DNA from: Squalus acanthias
Taxonomy: Eukaryota
Assembly (NCBI GenBank): GCA_030390025.1
Contig: CM059432.1
Span: 22,570,001 to 22,634,000, forward strand
Direction of reading: 5' to 3'
Length of the DNA stretch: 64,000 nt
Part shown: one piece after another, positions 1 to 12,930 of the stretch
How positions within the stretch are numbered: the first letter of the stretch is position 1
Layout: every line of letters starts with the position of its first letter
Notes under the pieces: generated by a model
Told to the model about the DNA's origin: nothing
Databases searched by the model: none
Seen by the model: only the letters and a program-made list of their open reading frames with translations
Position numbers and translations under genes: made by a program

Positions 1-933
1 CACTTGTCCAAAGCTACACCCGAGGTTATGAACAATTGCAGCAATGAGCTGACCATGGAAAATCACGTGCAAATTACACGTCAAGTGAGATTTACACTCG
101 CTTCTAGTCATTTGGGAGTAAACTGTGCCCATACCAAAAAACATCGACTAAGAACTCCAACCAAAGCATTTTGAGCAGATCTCTGTGTTGGGGCGTAAAT
201 TTTCACCTGGTTGGAGTGTATAGAGGAAATTGTGCAGGTTGGATTCCAGTCCTATAACGGGGTAATGGATAAAAATTCAGGGAGGCTCTGTTATGAGAGA
301 GTGATGCTCTCCAGCTTGATTTTCCTGCATGCATTCTGCCCGTACAATTATTTACCCAAGCACAAAAGCGAAAATATCCACCCCACTGGTCTTTACTGTT
401 TACAGATGCTGAAAGACCTGCTGTGTATTCCCAGAGTGTTCTGTTTCTATTTCAGTGTCCCTCCTTCTTTATTTTGCATATTAAATAGTGATTCGAGGGT
501 TCTCCTTTATCTCAGTACTGTTAGGAACGATCTGAAGAAAGAACATGATAGGATCACTGGGAGTCAGATTTTACTGCCTGAAAATAAATTAAACGTAATA
601 TTAAATATTCATGCTGCTAAATGAATAAAAATACCATGTAAATATAATGTAAAATACTTGTCTGAAAAGCACTGGTCCCAGTGCTCATTGAAAGCTATAA
701 AGCAGGCAGCAACCAATTAAATACATAACTTAACGTAAACTGACTCTGACATTGTGAGGTTTGTGACTATTTTCTTTCTTTCCCGCCCCATAACCCTGTT
801 GTTGTGCAATCTCATTCAATCAAATTTCAAAATGGCACTAAATTGTGTTTTGTGCTCAGTAAAGATGAGGTAGGAGAGTGCTACAGAAAAGAACAGTGTC
901 TACTCTGCATTTCTTAGCACCCAGAGGTGAGAT

Positions 934-1236
934 CTTTTTCTTAGGCAGTCCCTCAGAACCGAGGATGACTTGCTTCCACACTAAAAATGAGTTCTCAGGT
1001 GACTGATGAGTCCAATGCGGGACCTAGAGTCTCTGTCACAGGTGGGGCAGACGGTGGTTGAAGGGGCGGGTGGGTGGGGTGCTTGGGTTGACGTGCGCTC
1101 CTTGCGCTGCTTGTCTTCCGCTTGCTCCCGGCGAAGAGACTCGAGGTGTTCAGCGCCTTCCCGGATGCTTCTCCTCCACTTTGTGCGGTCTTGGGCCAGG
1201 GATTCCCAGGTGTCGGTGGGGATGTTGCACTTCTTG
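934..1236 (-). mobile_element. RTE-clade LINE, 5'-truncated 3' fragment with a 52-bp target-site duplication
   Basis: Minus-strand ORF end WESLAQDRTKWR...CPTCDRDSRSRIGLISHLRTH is typical of RTE C-termini. Short 3' UTR with an AAG-rich tail. Direct repeats at 882-933 and 1237-1288. Confidence 0.9.
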
Positions 1237-2199
1237 TACAGAAAAGAACAGTGTCTACTCTGCATTCCTTAGCACCCAGAGGTGAGATGAGCCAGCTAGA
1301 ATAGTCAACATTTTTGATCCCATTTCCTCCCCTTTCTCACCTGTAGATATTGGCTCATTCAGAGATACAGGGGTAGAAATTCATTGTGGCCCGTTTTCAG
1401 GCACATCCTGACTGCTCTACCAGCACGCTCGAACCAGGAGGCCCAAGGCTCGTTAGAATTGAACCTGGGGCCTCATTGCAATAATAGCGCCGAGCTGCCA
1501 GCGCCAGTAGGGATCCCGAAACAGGTAGCAGACCCCCCCTCACTTACATTTGCAATTTTCAGGAGGGCACCACAGGCACCTGGGCAGCTGCCTGTTCCAG
1601 TATGGTAGCACCTGCAACCTGGGCACAGATCGCACCCTTCAATTGGTCCCATTTTACAACTATCTGCCTCGTAGGACCCCGACTTTAACATATTCATGAG
1701 ACCCACGCCTTCTTGTGGTGGGTGCCTCCAATGCTTCCAAAAACTCAGATGTTAAAATTGGAGGCAGACAGGAGACATCCTGCCTGACATCCCTTTGTTG
1801 GTCGTATCCTTCTTCTTGCAAACACCTCAGATGAGGGGGTTTCCATTGGGAAACCCATTGGGGCTAGGTGTGGTGTTGATGGTGAAACAAATTTGAACAA
1901 TTGATACAAAGGCTTTTGCAAAGCTAAGTAGCAGAAAAATACGTTAAAAAATGAAGAAAAAAAATGAGGGAATGATTGAAATTCACTTCCCCTCATTATT
2001 GTGTACAGCTAACACTAGTGATTAAGGCTGGGCCCTTATTCTCCCACATTCCTCAGATGCATACTGGATAGTGCCTCTACCCCTCTATTATGGAAGCTAT
2101 AACCTACAGTTTTAGTTGCAGAAGAAATATGATTTGGGCTGAAGTGTCTCTCACAAGCGATTAGTTACAACAACGTACGTGACTGATCTGACTATGTTG

Positions 2200-4048
2200 G
2201 CTGCTCAATCATGTTCAGGGATGCTTTATGGTGTTGCTGTGAGGTGTTGCCAACCTGGCGAAGCATGTGGCAGCCATATGGGTGTACTGCGTAAAGTTAA
2301 GTAAATCTGGCCATGATGAGGCATTCCCTGGCCTCCTGGGCAACAATGTGCTCGAGTGCTGGTGCCATCTGCACCGCAGGTTCCTCCAGCTCCTGCTCCT
2401 CCTGCTCCTCCTCCTCTGAAGAGGCTGTGCGCTCTGCGCCTTGTTCCTCATGCTGTGCTATGTTGTGCAGGGCGCAGCAGACCACAACAATTCTGGAGAC
2501 CCTGGCTGGTGCATACTGAAGGGCTCCTCCAGATCTGTCACGGCATCTGAAGCGCATTTTGAGCATGCCTATTGTCTGCTTGATGACACATTTGGTGGCG
2601 ATGTGGCTTTCATTATATTTCTCCTCAGCCTCAGTACTTGGCCTCCTCAAGGGTGTCATGAGCCATGTCTGCAGTCGGTAGCCCTTGTCTCCAAGTAGCC
2701 AGCCGGAAAGTCTGTTTGGAGGTGCAAAGAGCTGAGAGAGGGTAGACTGGCAAAGGATGAACGAGTCATGGCAGCTGCCAGGGAAGTTGACACACACATG
2801 CATGATGATCTTCCTATGGTTGCAGACGAGCTTCACATTGAGGGAGTGGAAGCCCTTGCGGTTGACAAAGACTCCTGGGTTATGATGGGGTGCCCTGATG
2901 GCCACATGTGTGCAGTCAATGATGCCCTGCACCCATGGGAAGCCAGCCAGAGTGGCAAAGCCGAGCAGCTGCTCAGTAACACTGGCTTCATCAGTGGCAA
3001 AGTTGATATAATTGGCTGACTTGTCAAAGAGGGCATCAGTGACATGTGTGATGCATCTGTGGGTGGCCAACTGCGAGATGCCACAAATGTCTGCTGCAGA
3101 TCCCTGGAAGGAGCCTGAGGCGAAGAAGTTGAGGGCGCTGGTGACTTTGACAGCCACTGGTAAGGCATGTCCATCCGCTCCTCTGAGCTGCAGGTCTTGC
3201 TCCAGCAATGTGCAAATGTCTGCGATGACCTGGCGCGATAGCCTGAGCCTCCTTTGGCACTGCTGCTCAGTCATGTTGAGGAAGCTCATCCTCTGCCAGT
3301 ATACCCGGTGTTGGGGGTATCGGCTCCGGCGCAGTGCAGCCCTGCGCTGATGTCCTCTGTCCTGTGCAGCATCAAATGGTTGAGGAGAAGGTTGGTGGTG
3401 TTATTGTTGGTGTTACTGGTGTGCCTGGTGCTGCTGGTGTTGGGGCTCATCATGGTCAGAATCTGAGGACCAAGGTGAGACAGTATCAACGGTACCCATG
3501 CTGATGGAATAGATGGCAGGTCAAGTAGAGTTGACAGAAGCAATCGGTCAATGGTGAGAGAGGTTCTTCCAGTGAGGTGACACTGGATGGAGACTTTTCT
3601 GGAAAGACTTGCAGCTTGCCCAAAGCTCAGTCTGTGCTGGGAATGCAGTCAGCAACAGCTTCTGCCTGAGGAAAGTGATCAGCTGTGAGGTGGGAGCATT
3701 TAAACTAAATTTGATGCTGTCAACGAATCAGCTGGAGCAATGGCCACTCAACTCACGCCTCAAGTTGACAGTCGTGGTTGCCGAGCTGCGTGAATCGCGT
3801 GGCCATGCAGGGAAATTTGAAATGTAGGGGGAAAAAGGTTCTTAAGTGTCTGAAAACAAGATTATAATGATTTCAATCAGGTTGCGTGCCTCTGCCGGTC
3901 GGGTCGCTGCCGCACCGACAAACGCACCCGAGGGAAGGGCACGTGGGGGCGGGATGACAGCGGGTTCCCAACCCGCTCCAGCCTTTTTCAAATTTCCCAC
4001 CCGACCCGCCTCCGATCGCGCCCACAGGACCCCAGAAAATTCCAGCCT
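2200..4048 (-). mobile_element. Harbinger element A, truncated on the left, one terminal inverted repeat (TIR) left
   Basis: Right end GAAAATTCCAGCC followed by TTA at 4049-4051. Homologous to the right half of element 55273-56986. Left boundary is approximate. Confidence 0.75.
2297..3499 (-). pseudogene. PIF/Harbinger DDE transposase (HARBI1-like), element A, inactivated
   Basis: Motifs [50 protein letters not shown]. The frame extends upstream to ATG 3499 (MGTVDTVSPW...) through two TAA stops in a Q/H-rich stretch. The third catalytic Glu reads Lys (VIKQTIG). Confidence 0.92.
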
Positions 4049-4308
4049 TAGTGTGTGACCTGACCAACTGAGAGGTGGGGCAAGCTCCCTTTTTTGAAGG
4101 ACATTAGTGAAGCAGTTACATTTTTATGACAATCCAACACCATTTAAAATCATGCGTTGGTGTTAGATTTATTGAATTTAATTGCACAGCTTGCTATGGG
4201 GTGGGCAGGATTTGAACTCACATTCTCAGAGTTATTAGTCGAGTACTATATCCACTAGGCTACCATACCATTATACAAGAGTTCATCTGGTTAATCACAT
4301 AAGAATAT

Positions 4309-4894
4309 GGGGTTAAAATTCCTTTAGGCCACTTTTTGAGTCTAAAATGGGCACCACGCATAGTGTGTGCACCCCAACCGGAAGACTCAAGGTCGGCCCG
4401 AGATTGGGCCTCAGGCTATTATTATTATTTGGGCGTGCTGCTGCTGTTTTCCCTCCATGGGTAGCTCACCCATTTAAAGATGAATGTCAAGCCTCTTGCC
4501 TCGCCAGCAATGACCCGAAGGTAAGTTCTGAGATGGGAGTGGCAACAGAGATGGTGGGGCGGGGGGGTGGGGGGGCAGCAATCAAGATTACTATGGAGTC
4601 ACAGGAGCACTCCTGCTCCTCCTGACTCCACAGAAACAATTTTTGAACTAAATAAACAATGTACTGAAGAATACTGAGCGGAGCAGGCCCAACCTTCTGC
4701 TCCGCTCATCGATATCCAATTTCTCAGAGAGACTAAAACAGGCGTACACCCCTCACTTATATATGTGAGTGACTAACCCCTGTTTTAGGTGGCTGCCGGA
4801 GATGCCTGAAAAATGACCCAACACAATATTGGGTCAGACGTCCTTCAGGCCCACTTTGGGCACCCGGTGGCTATTTTGCGCCTGTTTCTATCCC
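4309..4894. mobile_element. Degenerate Harbinger-type MITE
   Basis: Imperfect termini GGGGTTAAAA / TTTCTATCCC with TAT on both sides. GC-richer than its flanks. Confidence 0.5.
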
Positions 4895-6070
4895 TATATA
4901 TTTCATTAAATCATATTTAAATCTTCCAAACATTTTCAAAATTTGAAAATAAGTGCCAACATTTATGAGCACTTTTACGATGCAGCTAAAAAGCCATATT
5001 TATTCCACTGAAGGCCTGACCTACACAAAGACCAATCCGAAGTATTCCACAGACTGTGTCGTGTGCATTCTCCCGTAAAATTTTCAACCAAGCATAAAAT
5101 GCCTTAATACATTAATGAGGTGATATTTAAGGGACCCAGTTGTTGAATGAGTCACCGTGTGCTTATTCATTAGGGCTTTGGTGCCAGGAGTGGGACATAT
5201 GAGACAGATAGCACCATAGCTCTGTATTTATGTCTGCACCTGATTGTCCTGGCTTGTCTCTGTGTGCAAGGCTTTGCCTAAATGAGACAAGCACAATTTA
5301 TTTGCTCCATCAGGCCAAGTCTGCAAATGTAGCAACAATTGTAAAGATGCCAGTTTTTCAAGGAATGAAAAATGTACACTTGTTTGTAGCTCCCATTTGT
5401 ACTTGAGAATATTACATTAAAGTAAGCCAGAAGAGCAGGATCAGAGGGTTTCAATTTAAATAGATTGAAAATAGCTGTTAGGAAGATCTTCTTCACTCAA
5501 AGAGTGATAAATATTTAGAATAATTTAGCAGGCAGGGTAGTAGAAGCAAAACCATTAGGAACAGTCAAATTGCAGCTGGATGCTCTAATGGGAGAGTTAG
5601 GGCGCGAAATTCGGCTGCTTTGCACCTGCCGTTAGCGCCTCCATGGGGCACTAACGGGGCGCAAATGGGTTTTCGCCCGGGCGCAACCATATTAGCACCC
5701 TACGCTAATTGGGCAGGGTTTTTGTGGAGGCGCTAAGAGTTAGTGCCCCGTTCCTGTAGGAACTGCCCCGCTCGGCTGCGCCCACCAAGGGTGATGACAT
5801 CATCGCCATGCGCAGCACCCCGTATGCAGAATTTGGTCATGCCCCCTCACTTACCGCCTGGCGCTAACAACTACAGCATCTGCTGTCGAGTTGCAGTCCG
5901 CGCGCACTATTTAAAGGCGCCATTTTGGGGAAACTTTTTTGTCGGCCATAACTCTGCTGAGACATTGTCAGACAAGCTGCTGAACATATCGCTGCGATTT
6001 TATCTCCAAGACCTGTGTTAACAATTGCTGTATTTAACTCAGTGAATATTTGTGAAAACTATACACTTTA

Positions 6071-7668
6071 ATGTGGACTCTGTTGGCAGCCGACGACCTG
6101 CTCCATCGTGAACGTCGGAGGCTTCTTAGGAGGAGAGCACTGCAGGGACAAAGGCCTGGAGATATGCAGGGTCAAAGGCCTGGAGATGTGCAGGGACAAA
6201 GGCCTGGAGATGTGCAGGGATAAAGGCCTGGAGATGTGCAGGGACAAAGGCCTGGAGATGTGCAGGGATAAAGGCCTGGAGATGTGCAGGCACAAAGGCC
6301 TGGAGATGTGCAGGGACAAAGGCCTGGAGATATGCAGGACAAAGGCCTGGAGATGTGCAGGCACAAAGGCCTGGAGATATGCAGGGACAAAGGCCAGGAG
6401 ATGTGCAGGGACAAAGGCCTGGAGATGTGCAGGGACAAAGGCCTGGAGATGTGCAGGGACAAAGGCCTGGAGATATGCAGGACAAAGGCCTGGAGATGTG
6501 CAGGGACAAAGGCCTGGAGATATGCAGCGAGAGAGGCATGGAGAAAGACAGCAACATGTGGCCAGAGGGAGAAGGCATAACAGGGCTGGCAACAGGAGAC
6601 CTTACTCTCCCAGGGTATTGTGGCAGCTGTTCTCGTACCTCCATTTCACTGAGGAGCAGCGTCTGCGAAGGCTGCACTTCAGCAAGGAGGTGGTAACAGA
6701 GCTCTGCCACCTCCTCCAGCCAGACCTCGAGCCTCAGACTAGGGTGAGGACGGCTCTCTCAGTGGCAGCGAAGGTGACCATCACGTTCAACTTCTATGCC
6801 AACGGTTCATTCCAACGTGCAACAGGAGACATCTCCAATGTGTCCCAGTATGCCATGAACCGCTCCATCCGAGATGTCATGGATGCACTGTATCGAAGGA
6901 GAAGGGAGTACATTTCCTTCCCTATGACCAGAGAGAAGCAGCACGAGCATGCATGTGGATTTGTCAGGATAGCGGGCTTCCCAATGGTGCAGGGCACCAT
7001 TGACTGCACCCACATTGCCTTGCAGGCACCTCAGAACAATCCTGAGGTATTCCGCAACCGAAAAGACTACCACTCGCTGAATGTTCAGCTGGTGTGCGAC
7101 CACACACACAGATTCCTAACTGTCAATGCCCAATATCCTGCAAGTAGCCACAATGCTTTTATCCTATGCCAGACCAGTGTGCCAGATCTTTTCCAGCCAC
7201 CACATCAAGCTTGTGGGTGGCTGCTCAGTGACAAGGGCTATCTGCTCTCCACCTGGCTGATGACTCCCCTACGCAACTCAAACACTCCTGCCCAGCACTC
7301 CTACAATGACAGTCATGCCACCACCAGGAGCGTGATTGAGCAGGCGATAGGAGTGCTGAAACAACGGTTCCGCTGCCTTGACCGCTTGGGAGGAGTCCTC
7401 CTGTACTCTCCTCATCGGTTCTCCCTATTTGTTGTCGTCTGCTGCATGCTACACAACTTCGCTATTACCACCAGGCATAGACGCACCACCTCAGGAGGAG
7501 GAGGAGGAGGAAGAGGAGGAGGAGGAGGACCAAGAGCAGGAGGAGAACATGGAGTAGGACAAGGAGCAGCAGCAGCAGCAGCAACAGCAGCGACGGAGGA
7601 GGCATCCAGTCAATAGGGATTCTGCAAGGACAGTCCGTGACCGTCTCATAGCAGCTCGGTTCAACTGA
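6071..7668 (+). pseudogene. Harbinger DDE transposase of element B
   Basis: FNFYANGSFQ, GTIDCTH, NRKDYHSLNVQ, LLSDKGY, RSVIEQAIG (D-D-E present), CCMLHN. Probable native start ATG 6071. Frameshift near 7465; the native C-terminus ...RDRLIAARFN* ends at 7668. Confidence 0.9.
6141..6527 (+). repeat. 24-bp minisatellite (TGCAGGGACAAAGGCCTGGAGATG), about 16 copies, in the transposase 5' coding region
   Basis: Directly visible. Two units are 23 bp (near 6333 and 6477). Confidence 0.95.
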
Positions 7669-7832
7669 ATGCCATCCCACTACCATGTTCCTTTGGACTT
7701 CCCCAAGACCACAGCAATATGGCCTTCCATAACCAAGCCCCATAAGTTACATGAAACACAACAGTAAATATTTAGCTTTCCAATTTAAATTTATGTTAGA
7801 ACATTTGATTGCATAATAAACAAAAAATGTAT

Positions 7833-8882
7833 TTAAGAATCACCCTTGTGCATTTCCTTATATCCCCTCTTTGGCTCAACTATTCTACTGCTCCTCTGCT
7901 GTGTGTCCCCTGAGGCTGCAGCACGGCTGGTGGAAGGCTGCTGTGTGTGAGAGCTAGAGACTTCAGATGACCTTGCAGGATGCCCTCGACCAGCTCTGTG
8001 CCTGGCAGGCACAGCTGTAGACTGCACCACCTCAGGTTGGGCAGTGGCAGTCTGGGCTGGCTGGATGACAGGCAGCGACAAGTGCAATGGCGGAGTGGCA
8101 GTGGTGGGATCAGGAATGCTGTCATCCTGAGAGAGGACAGCAGGTTCCTGCTCCACTGACCCACTCCCACTCCCCGGGGCAGCACCTCAGCATCCCTACC
8201 AATCTGCTGCAGCACAGATTTGTGGGCTGCTGGGACACCGTGAGATCCCCGGTGGACTGTGGTGGTCCCAGCGGCGATGGCAGCAGTCAGAGCACACATG
8301 GCATCCAGCCGAGACTGCATGGCAGCACCAAGACGTTGTGTGGCATGCAGCCAAGACTGGATGAGAGCAGTCTGGGCTTCGATGCCACCAACCATTGTCT
8401 GCATTACAGCAACAAGACGTTGCGTTGCTTCCGCCTGTGCTGCAATGGAAGCTGCCGTGAGGTCTGGCTCCACACGGTTTCTCTGGGAGTCCACCATCGT
8501 CTGCAGACTGGCAATGATGGGCTCCATGGTGTGTGCAAGCTCCGTGCAATGCTGGAGGCGGCCTCCTCCATGCTCCTTACCACTGCCGAGAGGCTCTCGG
8601 GCACCCGTGCCATTGCACCTATCATCTCGGAGTGCATGACCGTCACTGTTCTTCTAAAGGCCTCCCTATCGAGGTCCTCATCTGAGTCCTGTGCAGCAGA
8701 ACTTGCGCGCAAACTCTCCCTCCCGAGTTACCCTTGTCCCTTGACCTTGCTGGAGCCCGCTGGGCCCCGGTGCATCACCCAGTGTAGAGCCCTGTGCTCA
8801 GCTAACCTCTAAGGAACGCGTAGTGCCAGTCTCTGAGCTGGTGCCTGCAGGTGAGAAATGCAGTAATGCAGTGCCTGGCTCC

Positions 8883-8914
<32 letters not shown>

Positions 8915-9767
8915 TTCCTCTCCCTCCTGAGTGTGTTGCTGGGGGCTCAGGTACAGGCTCCACATCTGCTGGGAGATTATCAAAAAGCATAAATGGCACA
9001 AGATTCGCGTTAAGGCGAGGGCAGGGGGGCAGGTATGGAGCAAGGAAGGCAGACAGTATCAGGAAGTGGAAAGTGATAAATGCTTCTGCTTTGACGGGGA
9101 AGTGGGATGAGAAAAGGAGAGGGGATAAAGATACCGTTGTTGTCTCCAGTTAGGGTCGACGTCTCCGCCGGCCACAGCGCCCACCACCTGCGGGCCAATG
9201 AGCCTCAGCACTCGCTCCTCAAGGTCAGAGAGGTCTCGCAGTTGAGCTTCCCCCCTCCAGTCCGCTGTTGCTCCCTCGTATTATGTGCCATCTTGGCCTA
9301 CAAAAGAAAGGAACTTGTGTGAGTGACAGGCCAGCTATGTCTGTGGAAGATATGCCTGCTGCGGTTGAATAGCTTTGAATGTAGGCAAGGTGTGAGATGA
9401 GGATGTGAGTTTGAGTAGATGCAGATGCTTGGTGGTTGAGTGGTGGGGAAGTGGTGGTTTGCACAGTGCGCACAGACAGAGGTTCAGAGGCTGGTATGTA
9501 GGAGGTCTGCAAGCATGTACTCACCTTCACCACCCAACTGAGGTAGTTGAATTTCTTCCGGCCCTGTGTAAGGGTTCGGTGTATGACATTGCTGGCCAAC
9601 ACCTCCTCGGCCACTTCTCGTCAGATGGCCCTGAATATCTGTGGCAATGGCCTCCTGCCAGATGAAAGGAACAGCGATTCCCTCCTTCTCTCCACTGCCC
9701 CCAACAATGTCTCCAATTCCACATCGCTGAATCGAGTAGCCCTCCCCCTCTTCCTTGCAGCAGCCAT
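7833..9767 (-). pseudogene. Harbinger Myb/SANT-like DNA-binding protein gene, three exons, disrupted
   Basis: Exon 1 9767-9525: MAAARKRGRATRFSDVELETLLGAVERRRESLF...RAI*REVAEEV...RTLTQGRKKFNYL, then donor GTGAGT. Exon 2 about 9297-9135 after TTTTGTAG: AKMAHNTREQQRTGGG...LSDLEERVLRLIG. Exon 3 about 8968-7833, acidic then coiled-coil-like, with frameshifts. Confidence 0.85.
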
Positions 9768-11482
9768 GGCACAAAGCTGTCTCAGTAGCTGAGAGGTTGC
9801 ACTTAAGTGCAGCAATGCTGATAATGAGCAGCTGCAGCTTGAAATTACCTCCTGTTTAAGAGCTGGAATAAGCTCGAGTCAAGGCTTGAAGGCTGACTGC
9901 TGAACGCAAGTCTGCTGAAATTGGGCAGCGCTCTGGCAATAGTGCCCCTGCAGCGCTCCACTGAGACCATTAGTGCCTTATTTACCACCCACTTCACTCC
10001 TGGGGCGAAAATGCCCAATTTTGCAACATTTTTCAATGGATTTCCCCGGGCACTAACGTTTCAAAAAGTTAAAAGTTAGCGCCCCAAATACAGAATTTTG
10101 CGCCTTTAATGTATTAGAGGGGTGAGCTTCGGTGAGCTGAATTGCCTTTTCTCATTCTTGGCTTTTTTTTAAACGCATGATGTACTTTCTCTTTTAAAGG
10201 GGCATTGGCAGTTTGGTAAATTGGGTCTGAGACCCATGTTTGTGAACAGTTATGTTGTAGAGGACTGGATAGTGCAATGTGTTGGAACACTCTCCTTTCC
10301 CCTTCTGAGACTCAGCTTTGAATTTAGTCCAGCCTTTTGGAGTAGAAGTCTGAACCCACTTCCTGTTGGCATAAAACTAGCCCTAATCGGTGTTAAATTG
10401 GCATTCTTGGCCACTGCTTGGCGCTTCCCTAGGAAAAGGAAGTCAGCGATGTGGGGATCACAGGTGCAAAGCCTGCATCTCACCCACTAATATGTGCTGG
10501 GGCTTCAATGCACGATGGCATTGCAGCAACCAGTGAGTCCCAGTTTCATTTTGTTTCCACAACCAATGATTTGTCTCAAGAAGGTTACATCCAGTGTACA
10601 ATTTCTAACATGATAACATCCAAAGATGTCACTGCTGTCATAGCATTGAACACTGACTTTCACCATCTTTTTCTTTTTGCTTGCTACTATTTAGTTCAGG
10701 TATTTGCTTCTGCAGAGAAAGAGCAGCACCTGACACGTGATCTGGTCAGATGTCCATCATTGTTGATTCTGCTATCCGCATGTGGTGTTATATCACAGCA
10801 GTCGAAAGGCTCATTGTATAATTTTTCCCCCCCACTATCACGTATCTGTGGCTTATTGTACTGACCCAACGATTCTGTAGAACATGTAAGGTTAATTTTG
10901 CAGTGAGGTGTGACATTTTCCATCACAACCTAATAATTATTAATGGGAGCCAACTGGCAGCAAGTGTTCTACTAGCTTGTGCCATATTAAATGCTTAGTT
11001 GGGTTTGCTGACAGTGTATGGTCCCAATAAAGGATACACAGAACAAGTGTAATGTGTTTGAACTTTAGAAGCAATCAGTTACAATAATGTTGGCTAGCTG
11101 CCCATCGTCAAAACCAAAAGCTCATCTTGTTTACATGAATTATCTCTCTTTTAACACATTTTCCTTCTTTCTACATAACCCATTGCTATATCTCTTCAAT
11201 TCTCCAATCATAAATAAATGGTATACTGGCCCATGCCCAGTCATTGATTGTTAGGGATCACTGGTACATGGTGAAGACTCTTATGATAGTTTAGTGGTAA
11301 ATGATTTCTTCTGGTTTACTGCTGAGCAATACAAGCCAAGAAGATACAAAAACAGAAAATGCTGGAAATACTCAGCAGGTCAGGCAGCATCTGTGGAGAG
11401 AGAAACAGAGTTAAGGTTTCAGGTCGATGACCTTTTGTCAGTACTGGCAAAAGTTAGAGAGGAAACAATTTTTAAGCAAGTA

Positions 11483-12093
11483 TCTTCTTCTCTTCTTAGG
11501 CAGTCCCTCGGAATCGAAGATGACTTGCTTCCACATTAAAAATGAGTTCTCAGGTGACTGATGAGTCCAATGCGGGACCTACAGTCTCTGTCACAGGTGG
11601 GGCAGACGGTGGTTGAAGGGGCGGGTGGGTGGGGTGCTTGGGTTGACGTGCGCTCCTTCCGCTGTTTGCGCTTGGCTTCCGCTTGCTCCCGGCGAAGAGA
11701 CTCGAGGTATTCCGTGCCTTCCCAGATGCTTCTCCTCCACTTTGTACAGTCTTGGGCCAGGGATTCCCAGGTGTCGGTGGGGATGTTGCACTTTTTCAAG
11801 GAGGCTTTGAGCGTGTCCTTGAAGCATTTCCTCTGCCCACCTGGGGTTCTCTTGCCGTGTCGGAGCTCTGAGTAGAGCGCTTGTTTTGGGAGTCTCGTAT
11901 TAGGCATGCGGACGATGTGACCCATCCATCGGAGCTGATCGAGCGTGGTCAAAGCTTCGATGCTGGGGATGTTGACCTGAGTGAGAACACTGACGTTGGT
12001 GCGCCTATCCTGCCAATGGATTTGCAGGATCTTGCGGAGGCAGCGTTGGTGTTACCTCTCCAGTGCTTTGAGGTGCCTGCTGTATATGGTCCA
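11483..12093 (-). mobile_element. RTE LINE 3' fragment
   Basis: QLRWMGHIVRMPNTRLPKQALYSEL...GLISHLRTH. AAG-rich tail. TSD TTAAGCAAGTA / TTAAGGAAGTA. Confidence 0.92.
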
Positions 12094-12430
12094 TTAAGGA
12101 AGTACAGAGGCAGGGAAAGGTGGTGTGGGAAGGGAGGTAAGAACAGAAGGGTAAGTCTGTGATAGGGTGGAAGGCAGGAGGGGTTAAATGAAGAAAGGGA
12201 TGATGGTGCAAGGCAAAAGGGGGTGGTAATGGAACAAGTAAAGAAACAAAAGATGGGTCTAGAGTAGCTGTAAATGGCAACAGCAGAACCATTACCAGCA
12301 CCTGCTGTCCAAAATAAAGGGAGCAATGGTTATGACATTGCTGAGCCAAATCTGATGACAGATAAAAGCTGTGGAAGGTATAGCCAGATGGAAAGGTTTT
12401 GGTGAGAGAGAAGGAATCACCACTGTAAAC

Positions 12431-12930
12431 TTGCCTGGATGAGTACAGCTCCAACAACACTCAAGAAGCTCGACACCATCCAGGACAAAGCAGCCCGCTT
12501 GATTGGCATCCATCCTCCACCTTAAACATTGACTCCCTCACCACCAGCGTACTGTGGCTGCAGTGTGTACCATCTACAAGATGCACTACAGCAACTCGCC
12601 AAGGCTCCTTCAGCAGCACCTCCCAAACCCGCGACCTTTTCCACCTAGAAGGACAAGGGCAGCAGGCGCATGGGAACACCACCACCTCCAAGTTCCCCTG
12701 CAAGTCACACACCACCCTGACTTAGAAGTATATCGCCGATCCTTCATCGTCGCTGGGTCAAAATCCTGGAACTCCCTCCCTAACAGCACTGTGGTAGTAC
12801 CTTCACCACATGGACTGCAGCGGTTCAAGAAGGCGGCCCACCACCACCTTCTCAAGGGCAATTAGGGATGGGCAATAAATGCTGGCCTTGCCAGCGACGC
12901 CCACATCCCATAAAAATGAATTAAAAAAAT
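12431..12930 (+). mobile_element. Non-LTR retrotransposon 3' fragment (CR1/L2 supergroup)
   Basis: RT C-terminal peptides ...RRSFIVAGSKSWNSLPNS...FKKAAHHHLLKG*. 3' UTR with AATAAA and an A-rich end. Confidence 0.75.

Larger units (their letters stand above)
5600..10105 (+). mobile_element. Full-length PIF/Harbinger DNA transposon, element B, about 4.5 kb
   Basis: TIRs GGGCGCGAAATTC / GAATTTTGCGCCT with TTA TSD (5597-5599, 10106-10108). Convergent transposase and Myb/SANT genes. Inserted into an old CR1 3' end. Confidence 0.92.

Noticed and set aside
211..624. 137-aa ORF
   Set aside because: Non-ATG start, overlaps a decayed Penelope-type terminal fragment (about 400-455) and has no motifs.
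1370..1865. MITE-like segment starting GGGGTAGAAATTC
   Set aside because: No matching right TIR or TSD found; too decayed to call.
2297..3289. Host domesticated HARBI1 gene
   Set aside because: It has a TIR/TTA end, upstream in-frame stops and a related deleted copy in the same window, so it is a transposon copy.
6141..6527. CRISPR-like array
   Set aside because: Head-to-tail 24-bp units with no unique spacers, in a eukaryotic transposase context.
6068..6710. Antisense repetitive ORFs, and the many short ORFs antisense to CR1, RTE and Harbinger
   Set aside because: Shadows of the repeats or of coding sequence on the opposite strand.
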